Origin: Sminthopsis crassicaudata
Lineage: Eukaryota
Length of the DNA: 64,000 nt
NCBI RefSeq assembly: GCF_048593235.1
Contig: NC_133617.1
Coordinates: forward strand, 394,262,067-394,326,066
Direction: 5' to 3'
The position numbers and the translations under genes are program-made. How positions within the stretch are numbered: position 1 is the stretch's first letter; every line of letters starts with the position of its first letter. Positions 16,301 to 41,630 of this stretch are shown piece after piece. Below the pieces are notes generated by a model that ran no database searches, was not told the DNA's origin, and saw only the letters and a list, made by a program, of their open reading frames with translations.

Positions 16301-18006
16301 AAAGGGAGCAGGGGGCAGGAAAGATGAGGCCCCAAACAAGGTCAAGACCAGCATTTTCCAAACATACCCTATCCCACCCAATATCTACACACATAAATGA
16401 AAAGGTTGAGTAGGGGTAGAATAGAGAAAATACCTGTCTCTGGGCAACTTATTTTTCTGCCTATAGTGACACAGAAATGGTGAGAACTGCTCTTCTACCT
16501 CAAGGGGCAGGAGCTATTTGTCCCTGGCTCCCCTTCCTGGCTTCACCTCATTGCTCAGGTCACTTCCACCTGTGTTTCCACCTACTTAATTCTTTTTTTT
16601 TTCTTTTTTTTTTTCCCCTGAGGTTGGGGTTAAGTGACTTTCCCAGGGTCACACAGCTAGGAAGTGTTAAGTGTTTGGGATCAGATTTGAACTTGGGTCC
16701 TTCTGAATTCAGGGCTGGTGCTCTATCCACTGTGCCACCTACTTAATTCAGAGGCCCTCATTCTCGTGTTCCTAGATACTTGTCCTCTTTCTACACAAGT
16801 GACACAGCCCTGTCCTATCCTTCACTGCTTATTGTCCCTACTGGTCTGGGCTGGGAGAAGGAAGCCCTGAGTCCAGAGACCCTTCAACAGGGGAGTTATT
16901 AAGAACCACGAAGACAAAACTGAATAAAATCCATTGGTTGAAAGCGGCTTGCAGTCCCATACTTTCTTTTTAGGCAGACAGACAGGTGAGAATCATCCCA
17001 TTTATGAATCATTTATGAACATCTATGAAGCAGAAGACTGCTTATACATTTCTTAGACAGCTGTACCACTCACCCAACAATTCACCGTTAGGAAATCTTG
17101 CTGAGGTCTAACCTGTATCATTATGTTGCTGTAGGGCACAGAATAGTTGGACACAACTTTCTTATACCTATGAATCTTTCTTGGATTCACACTGAGAGAG
17201 AGCTATTCATGTCCTCCATCCTAAGGCCAGACACTCCCTCCGATTTAGGAGGCCAGAACAGCTAGACAGGTGACTGCAAGGTGGAGGCAGAGAGCAGGGA
17301 GGGGAGAGGAGGCCCTTTGCTCCTGGCTCCCCAGCCCCACCATCACTGACTCTGACAGGCTATTAGTCCCGGAACCCGCCCCCAATCAGAGGTCTGGCCA
17401 GCATCCTCAGGACCAAGATGGGGAATTCCCTCTTCCCCCTAATTAATTCTCAGCCCCACGGGGTACCCCCAATGTTAGTGAGGAGCCAAGCTCACAGGTG
17501 GGGGGGGGTGGAGGACAGGGTGTCCTAGGGCTGGGGAGGGGGACATCGGGTCGGAAAGGAGGCAGGCTCAGGGGTGTGGCAAAACGTGGCTCAGCCAGCC
17601 CGCCCTTAGGCGCTCAGGTCCCCGGGGAGTACTGCCTCAGGGAAGACTTGCACCCCGGTCTGGAGTAGTCCGCCCAGCCTGGCCGGAATCCCTGGGAAGG
17701 GAAGGAGGGCAAGCCCCAAGGGGGAGACAGAGACGCGCCTTCGGGCTCCGGCCCCGCGGTTTGGTGCAATTCTCCGGGCCGGCCAAGTTCCAGCCCCTGG
17801 CCCAGCTGCAGGCAGTGCATACGTCTTTCTGCATGCATGTAGGGCGGGGGGAGAAGGGGGTAGAGGGGAAGAGAAGGGGGGCGTGCGGTGATGGGGGGAG
17901 ATGAGGAGTGCGCTCTGCAGAAGAGCAGCCCAGCCCCGGCCAGCGCCCGCGCCCGCGCCCTCCGCACCTGCTCCTGGATGAGCTGCAGCAGGGAGCTCCT
18001 GTCCAT
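13364..18006 (-). CDS. RHBDL1: Rhomboid-like intramembrane serine protease 1, 373 aa
   Basis: Exons 17968-18006, 16128-16289, 15193-15417, 14953-15101, 14395-14507, 14216-14316, 13998-14058, 13364-13635 (1122 nt, all GT-AG). Starts [17 protein letters not shown]. Contains the WR motif ([12 protein letters not shown]), catalytic GGSGG and SFMAHLAG. Confidence 0.97.
16593..16741 (-). mobile_element. Young tRNA-derived marsupial SINE (WSINE1-type), 5' end slightly truncated
   Basis: Minus strand reads TAGGTGGCACAGTGGATAGAGCACCAGCCCTGAATTCAG...AACCCCAACCTCAGGGG-polyA. Flanked by the 15-bp direct repeat CCACCTACTTAATTC (16578-16592 and 16735-16749). Confidence 0.85.
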
Positions 18007-18560
18007 AGAGCTGCCCGGGCGGGGGGACGGCTGCTCCGCGGACCCGGCGCTGCGGCCCCGGTCCCGGCCCCAGGCCCAGCCCCAGCTCCGCCGCGCTCTC
18101 CGCTCTGGCCGCCGCCGCCGCGGTCACACCGCCTCGCCGCACTCCCGGCCCGGCCCCGGCCCCCGCTAGAGCCGCCGCTGCCGCACACAGGGGCCAGCGC
18201 GTCACGGAGCCACCACCGTGGCAGGCGCACAAGCCACCACTCCCCTTCCCCCTCCCTCTCCTCCTCTCCTGGACAGACACTCGCGCGCGCGCGCGCCCGT
18301 GCACACGCACGTCCCACCCCTCTCTGCTCTCCACCGCTCGCTCCCAGAGCCACGCAGCCCACTCCTCTCCTGCTTCCAGATCCACACATCCACACAGGCG
18401 CCAGACTTCCCACGCCCTTTCCCCTGTTCTCCCCGTTTCTCTTTCTTCTCCCCCTCCTCCTTCAGACCGGCGACACTCACAATCACACACATACACACAA
18501 TCACACACACACATACACGCACACACACGCACACCGGGGCCCGGTGGGGGGGAGGGGAAG
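17590..18560. promoter_or_regulatory. CpG island covering the RHBDL1 promoter and exon 1
   Basis: GC- and CpG-rich segment around the ATG at 18006. Boundaries are approximate. Confidence 0.75.
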
Positions 18561-19281
18561 AAGACTCAATTCTAGGATCTTGAGCTAGAAAGGCCTTTGA
18601 GGGAGCCCCGTTATCATTCTCATTTTGCACTGTTCACTCTGCATCTACTAAGCACCTGTTACGGGAAGGGCGGCAGGCTACCCCCAGTAGGGGAAGACCA
18701 AGACGCACTCTGTACTGAGGTACCTGTCAGTCGCTGGGCCCTAAGGCACGTGCCCCTACAGGAACAAGGCCCCTCTGAACCCTCTCTGGCTCCTGATACT
18801 CACACAGGCGTGCTCAGCAGACGGGTGTCAGAGAGCCGCAGAGCAAATTGTCCCGGTTTTAGTCAGCTTTGTGTGGTCCCTTGCTTCCATCTTTATTGTT
18901 CTGAGTAAGGGCCGCGTTCCCTCATCCCACCTCAGGTCTCTCTAGTAGAAAGCCTGTGTGAGAGCTCCTAGTAAAACCATCTCAGTGGATCCAGGCCAAA
19001 AAGCGTGCTCTGACCGTCGTGTGCTACTGCGAATGCACTTAGCTGAGTACTGAGAGCAAGAAGGCCAAAGGAAAACCAGACCTTACCTTCACGGAGTTAC
19101 ATTCTCCGGCAGAGGATAAACATGCAAGCCGTTAATCTGAGCAAGAACATTCACAACTAAGGGGATCTGGGAAGGCGGAGCAATCAGAGCGAAATAAAGA
19201 AAATCTTAGAACTTAAAGGATAAAAAAAGAGAAATTTAATAGCAAATGGAAAGTACATTTGTACATCGGAAAGTAACTATT

Positions 19282-19300
19282 GGACCGCTAGGGGGCGCCG
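19282..19300 (+). promoter_or_regulatory. CTCF-binding motif embedded in a SINE head
   Basis: GGACCGCTAGGGGGCGCCG matches the CTCF core CC[AG][CG][CT]AG[AG][GT]GGC[AG]C at every core position. Binding is not shown. Confidence 0.6.
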
Positions 19301-19480
19301 TGGATAGCGCACCACACCTGGAGCCAAGAGGACCTGAGTTCAAATTTGCAGTTAGACACTAGCTGTGTTACTCTAGGCAAGTTTTAACCCTGTCTGTTTT
19401 CTCACCCGGGAAAATGAGCTGGAGAAGAAAATGGCAAACTACTCCAGTATCTCTGGCAAGAAAAGTACAAGTGGGACTTC
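19285..19480 (+). mobile_element. MAR1/CORE-type marsupial SINE
   Basis: tRNA-like head with B box (GAGTTCAAAT), CORE segment, and tail GAGCTGGAGAAGAAAATGGCAAACTACTCCAGTATC. Confidence 0.7.
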
Positions 19481-22099
19481 AAAGATTAAGCCGTGAGTGA
19501 AAAATATTTAATTGCATCTATCTGTGAAACAGCACAGAATGGAAAGTGGTCATGCGAGCCTAGGTGAGTGCTGCTTCTAACCAACACTGGCTGCATGAGC
19601 CTCTTGAGCCTCTATTTCCTCATCTGCCAGTGGGAAGAGAATAGCACCTACAGCACAGGGCTAGTGTGAGGATTAAATAAGAGCCCATACAGAGCGGTGC
19701 ACCTTTGAGTGACGGGTTAGCTAGCCCTAGATATTTAGGCAGATTTTTTTTTTTTTTTTTTTTACTAGATTTAACTATATTATCTTTCAAAACACTCCAG
19801 GGATGCAAACCCATATTCATTCCAGCCACCATACTAACCACTTCTACAGCCACATATGTGCACCAAATTTCTTGTGTCTGTAATCACAAATGAAATATAC
19901 TTAAAACCTCCCTCTCTAAAAATCACTAGCAATTATTCAGCACACATTTGTCAAATATGCAGTTGGTGCAGATCCATGTGGGTAGAGGAAGGTGAGGGGG
20001 AGACAGCACTAGATCCCCTCACTGCCACTGACAGCATCAGTGTTGGAAAGGTGTGCTTGTGGCCAGCTGAAGCACCATCTTTTGTAATTGAGACAGCTCA
20101 ATTCTCCTCTGCTTCACTTACCACATGTATTGATCCTATGGAACAAGTCCCATGTGTGGACTTGGTGCTAGAGAAGGCAGAGAGGTTTATCACATCCTTA
20201 CTTTGAAAGGACGTGGTCTACTAGAGAAGATGGTAAATTGTGTCTCCTGCCTGCAATCTCCATCCTATTCAACCTTCAAAACCAAATTCCTGCCAAAAAA
20301 CTGTTGCTGAATAATCCTGCTCTCCTGAACTTTCTCTCCTTCATGACTTCCTGAAACTTTTGTGGCCAGTTTGATACAGAGTCATTTGTAAGATTGCTCT
20401 TCCCAAATAGTGGTTAAGTCCCTTGAGGGAGAGCCTCATTTTTTTGTTGCCCCTTTCCCAATGTCCTAGCAATGGTCTCTCAAATCGTCAAAGGCTAGTT
20501 TCCCATCCAGGGAATCTATACTCTGTGCACCAGGATTCTTTGTTTGGTCCCTTTCCTCAGGCCAGAAAGCTGAAGAAAAATCCTTCCCTGTCTCCCCTTT
20601 CTCCAGCACCTGCACACATTTTCTGGATGAATATCACAGGGGGGAAAAAGGGGAAAGGAGCAGTGGGATGCTCCACAGGATACAGGCCAGAATTTTGCAA
20701 ACTTTGTTTTTCAGTTTTCATTTTTTTAGGGAAATGTGTGAGTCTTGGGCCCTGAAGTACAATGTAACATTAATAAGAAAATCGGACAAGTATCAGGTGG
20801 AAGCAGAGCTATCTGTCTTTGTAGCCCTGACTAATGGCTCATGCAGACTAGTGTACATCTCCAAGTGACTGGGGTTAGACTCTAAGAAGCAACCTTCGAG
20901 GCACCCACTGCTCACAAGCCCAGTGATTGCCCTCCTGAGGTTATCTTCCCCAGACAGCATACCTCCCTCCAAAGGGAGGACCCATTCCCAAGCCAGGAAG
21001 AGGCTAGCCTTGTCTGTAGGTGGGACAGAAAAAAGACTATCCTCTGTGAATCCAAATCCAAGCTCACATGCTAACTCATCAAAATCTACATGGCTGGGAG
21101 GATACCAAGGGAGAGAAATTTGGTCTCAGCGGACTTGGCCTTATGACTATTACAACAGAGGTTGTTGGGTTACCATAGCAACCTCCTCCAAGGACCATTT
21201 GGAAATCCATAACCTTCTGTCAGAGAGCTGAAAAGGAGCAATTACTCCTGGCAGTTAATGCCCCCAGAGGATGCTGGAAGGTTAGAAATAGCAAGCTGCC
21301 CTACTCAGAAATAGGCCTAAGGAAAGAGGTTGCCCAGAGCTCAGAGAAGGGGCGTTAAGCTGAATGGCTTTTCTCTCTAAAGCTTCCTCTAGCAGCACAC
21401 AAGGAAGGGACAGGGAAGCAGCAGGGACAGAGATCAAATCTGCTAGGTCTAGAACAAAGTGGGAGATGTCCTTAGTGCTAGGTTATGATATGTGTGTGAG
21501 GGGAAATAAAGACAAATCTCTCTTCCACGCCCTTTATTTTCTTAAAAAGAACTCGATGTATTTTCACTGTGATCCTTACAGCATCTCTATGAGGTAAACA
21601 TTATCACTTTACAAATGGAGAAACTGACCCCCTGCAGATGTTGTAACTTGTTATCCTGATGCATATCTAGTGGCCTGGATAAGTTTAAAAGCCAGGGTCC
21701 AACTCAGACCAGTCTTCTTTCTACAAGATGCCAGTGGTCTGGGCTGCTTTACAAGATGGAAGCACTGACAGATGAATCCCTATTGCCCAAAGGGGCAGCA
21801 GCAGTGCTCAGACATCAGGAGAAGCCAGTGTGAGTTTGCTCTAACAAACAGGAGTCTGGAGCAAGATGCTAAAGAGAAGCCAACAGGGCCTCAAAAGTCA
21901 TGCACTGGATTGGAAATGTGAGGGCCAGCATTTTAAGCCATGGACAGAAACTACTGATGAGAAATGGTAGGTTGTCTTCCCTTTGGGTAGTGGTCATGTT
22001 TCCTTTGGAGCTCAGGGAAACCAATTTTACAGTGGTCTTTCCAATAACTAATTAATATTAAGCGGATCAAACCCAGCTTCAGTGTGCACAAACACTTAT

Positions 22100-22105
22100 T
22101 TTATT
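22100..22105 (-). terminator. Candidate RHOT2 polyadenylation signal
   Basis: AATAAAATAA on minus, about 2.8 kb after the RHOT2 stop. Another AATAAA lies near 21533. Confidence 0.35.
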
Positions 22106-23566
22106 GAAAAGTGTTTATCCCATCATAAAATTATATGGCTTTGGATAATGAACATGATAATCAAACAAAAAGCAGGTGAGAAGTTGTATTTCTTGGGATC
22201 CCAACCCAGACTTCGTTCTTCCTGGGCTGGAAAGGAGCAGCATTGGCAGCAGGACACTGGTCCAAATGATGTCTGAGCAGCATGGGGAACAGCCAGTGAT
22301 AAAATGAGATATCCCAGGCTGAGGCGCTTGGCTAGATTCTCCAAAGCCATGCTGGAGCTGGGAGCATCCTGTTAACCCAGACTTTACTAGTGAAGGCTGG
22401 TGACTAGCAGAGCCTCCTAAGATCTCTCTCACACCCAGAAAAAACCCAAGGCCCCTTACTACTATGAAAACACCAACTGCCTCTAACGAATGTGTCAAGA
22501 AATGGCACGGGTAGTCCAACAATTGGGAGTATAGAGTAGCAGGAGCATTGGCTCTTGAGGAACTTGTTCCCAAACTGGAAGTTGGGACACACAGAACCAG
22601 AAACCCACTCCTCCATGCCATAAAGTTAGTTGGTTCTCTTCTAGGACCCACTTTGGATTTTGGCCTGTACTTTCTTGAGTTGAATCAATCCAGTCCCTAC
22701 CTAGGAATGGCCTGGGGACACAACCCGGAGAGCAAATGTTTGGGGCATATTTATTTAGGAGATTAAAGATGGCCAAAACCTCTCTCTCCTCCAGCCCTTT
22801 GACCACCAGGCCTGGGCTCTTGAAACCACCTCAGCAGAAACTATATGTCACTCCCAGTGACAGAAACCTCTTGACAATATGAGGCAGAGCTAGCTACACA
22901 ATGCCAATCCCAGGACAGATCCTAGCTGAATAGGACAGTGTACTAATACTACCTCTTCTTTTATGCATTTTTATGCCTCTGCTTGTAATCTAGGGGCTAG
23001 AGAAGTTTAAGAGATTGTTGTAGGGAAATGCAGCACCCCCTTTTTCTATTCATAAAGGAAAATCACAACTTAGCCTCAAATGGAAAATATCTATTTTAAA
23101 TACATGAGGCCTTCCCTTTAAAGTAAACTAAGTAAATAAAACACAGACCCTTGATGTCAGTAAAAACCAAGCATAAAACACTGCTCCAGATACACAGAAC
23201 CAGGGCTGGAAAGTATCTAGGCTGTGACTCTAAAATAGATCCTTTTTTAAAAATAGATTACTGCATAAAAAGGTAGTTTACATAACACTATTGCAACAGC
23301 ACAACGTAAACTGCCCTACCCTGAGTGTACTTGAAAGGTTCAAGTCTTGCTCCCTGCTTAATTGACTGCTTCTCACCCCTGACTCAGACTCAGAGGCACT
23401 GAGTGCCAAAAGGAAAGGGACGGACAACAGACATGGATATGACAGGGAGATCATTCCTCGCAGAAAATTTTTCAAGAGATATGCCTTTATAGAAAGGGAG
23501 AGGAAGAGAAAAAGGAAGTAGAGGGAGAAAAGGCATGAATTCTAGCCCACATTGAGAGTGAGGATG

Positions 23567-23690
23567 GGGGCAGCTAGGCAGCACAGTGGATAGAGCACCA
23601 GCCCTGAAGTTAGGAGGACCTGAGTTCAAATCTGGCCTCAGATACTTCCTAGCTGTGTGATCCTGGGCAAGTTACTTAAAATTGCCTCAG

Positions 23691-23720
<30 letters not shown>
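23567..23720 (+). mobile_element. WSINE1-type SINE with A30 tail, in the putative RHOT2 3' UTR
   Basis: GGGGCAGCTAGG...GAGTTCAAATC...TGCCTCAG followed by A30 (23691-23720). Flanked by near-identical GAGTGAGGAT/GATTGAGGAT. Confidence 0.85.
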
Positions 23721-23722
<2 letters not shown>

Positions 23723-24929
23723 TTGAGGATGAAGAAATCTGACATAAAAAGTCACTTTTCAAAGTGTGAGGTCCCAGCAATAGAAAATATAAAATTTCCA
23801 GTTTAAATGGGAAACAAAATTACTTTTTTTCATGCCCTAATGAGTATGCATACTGAAGCGATTAACAAGGGTTGATTATTTCATTAGTCCAAAATCTGGG
23901 TCACTCGTGGTGGAAAAATCCTAATCGTCTCCCTCACTCCAGGTGCTGTCCCCCAACCTATCCTCATTCTTAGATCCAAGTTTCAGCATGCATTTCAGCA
24001 TAGGAAACCTTAGAGCTCCAAGGTAGGAAGAAGAAGGTTGACTGGCTAAAGAGAATTCCAAGTTCTTGAGGCCACATGCCTCCCCACCACAGGCTCTTTT
24101 GGAATTCCCTAATCCTATAATGCCAGCATGGCACAAACCCCTAGAGCAGAGCAAAGCACCTGGCACTCTACAGTCAAGGAAAGAGGCCAAGGGCATGAGG
24201 CTGGGAGGAGGAAGATGGAGATGCAGGAACATCTTAGCCAGCTAAGGAAAAAAGATGTGGCCCAGAATCCTGCTAGAGATGCTACTTTGGGAATCAGTGT
24301 GTCAGATACAGATGAGTAAGCATGGGCCAGGGCCCAACTTGTGACTAATGGAGGGAGATTTGTACTGCTGAGAACCCCAAAGGCTGTATTTCTGCGGTCT
24401 TTCTGGGTGTCAACTTTCCCCACTATAAGCCTAGGCTGAAAGTTGGGGTCAGAGGGAAATATCTTCCTGTTGACCACCATAGGCTTTCTCTGGAGCTTTG
24501 CTGGTTCCCTTCCCCTCACACATGTTAGCCTAAAATCAAGCTGGGAAGATAGAGATCCTACTTCCTGATGCCAGCCCCAAGCCTCTTTTCAGAGTTAGAT
24601 GGCTTCTTTAGGTGACTGAGCCTGAAAACTGCAAAAACTCTAAAAATATAAGCTATGATCTGAGGGAGGTCCATCTGCTTTCTCAGTGCCTCCTAAGGAC
24701 CCTGAGATTGGGAACACTGAGTTTAGAGGAGATAGTGAGGTGGGGAAAGTGGGAGGTGGGTGTATCACGAAACACCAGTCCAGGCTATAGAACGTGCTCT
24801 GAGGCAGAAGCAGGCAGAGCTCTTCAGGGAGTGTTCCTCCAGGATAGGGGCAGCCCTGATATGCCCTGGCAGGATGGTGAAGAGGAGCCAATTACAGCAA
24901 CAGTATCTGGTGGGACCCAGACCCTCCCC

Positions 24930-40225
<15,296 letters not shown>

Positions 40226-41052
40226 GGTTCCAGGAGAGGCCACGGCTACACTCCGCCGGCCGCTGGCCACCCTCAAACCGCACTTCCGGCCCAGCTCCTG
40301 CTCGGCCCGCCTGCCTGCACCAGAGAGCGCCGCGGAGCCGGCTCCGGCCTAGAGCGGCTCCCAGCAGCCACGGCGCACACGCAGCGGCGCCATCTCGTGC
40401 TCCACGATGGGCACTGCACCCAGGCCGCTAGCGGCGGACCTGCTTTCTCCCCAAGGCCTCAGTGGAAGTGTTTATAAGGCACTCTGCAGCTGCAGAAGAG
40501 GCGTGCGTCTTCATGCCCACTGTCATGTCTGAGGAGGACTGTTGCGGTGGGTAAAAAATGATTTTTTAGAAAAAAACAAAACCAAAAACGAGCATTGGCC
40601 TTGGGATCAGGAGCCTTGAGTCTGACACTAACTACTTGGCCATGGGAAAGGACACTCCCAATCTACGGACCAGGTAGGAGCCTGCCTGGGACTCTGCCCT
40701 GAGGGCAGAAGCTGAATGGAGGTGGTGGGTGCTGAAAATGGCAGCTTGATAGTGGGTCGGCATGCCTCCTGGGAGGCTCCTAACCTAACCCCACCTCCGG
40801 CTGTGAGCGGGGAGAAGGGGAAGCAAGAGGCTGAGGTCCTGAAGAATTAGGCAGGAGCCCTCATGGAAACCTCTGGCTTCTCCCAGCGAAGCCACAAATC
40901 TTTTCCCTGGAGTTCATGAAAAGTTTCCTCCTCTTCCTCAGAATGGTCAAGCGGGCAAAGTGAGGTTCCTTGGAGAAGAGGAACTGAGAAAAGTACACGA
41001 TCACCTAAAATTCTTCAGGAAGGAGCTTTCAGCCAGACTGCAAACACCCACT

Positions 41053-41058
41053 TTTATT
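41053..41058 (-). terminator. Probable WDR90 polyadenylation signal (AATAAA)
   Basis: AATAAA on minus about 570 nt after the stop at 41631, preceded by U-rich sequence. Confidence 0.6.
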
Positions 41059-41630
41059 TCAAAACTGTACAAGTATAGAAACATTAAAAAAAAAAACCCT
41101 ACAAATAAAAGGGCAGCAAGTATTTTACATATTTCCATAACATTTAAGTCAGCAGCTTTGGCCTGTTTGATTTATAAAAATTGTTTCTTGGCTTAGCATC
41201 AAGTCTTGCAGTCCCACAGCTGAAGACCTCAAAATAGATTATCTTAAGGCAAAAACATATATTGAAAAACACACACATACATATAAAATACAGGCCCATT
41301 TAACAGATCCAATTGATTGGGCTGCTCTGTTACCAGAGCATTTTCCTTTAGGGGCAGTTTTTCTGGGGAGCTAGATCATTGAAAATGATTGGGGGAGGGG
41401 CTAGGATGACAGGAACATTCTGGAGCATGAACAGGCCAAAGCTACTGTGTACCTGATCAGTAGATTTAGCTCTTGCCCTGGTGAGGAAAATGGTCCAACC
41501 TTCTCACCTTAGTCACTGGATTTATCAAAGAGGTTTGTGAAGAGTCCATTCTCAGTCCCTGACTGCAGCTGACTTCCTTTGGCCAGGATAAGCTTTTTAA
41601 AATGAGCTATGTGATTTATGGAACAAGTTT

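Noticed and set aside
17606-18630. Several long overlapping ORFs (308, 258, 226 aa) at the RHBDL1 promoter
   Set aside because: They are low-complexity Arg/Gly/Ala/Pro and microsatellite-derived translations of a CpG island, with no recognisable domain.
23567-23640. tRNA-like A/B-box sequences
   Set aside because: They are heads of tRNA-derived SINEs. They have no cloverleaf or acceptor stem and continue into SINE bodies.
22115-24519. ORFs of 178, 134 and 103 aa downstream of RHOT2
   Set aside because: They lie in probable 3' UTR or intergenic DNA, with no exon-like boundaries or known motifs.
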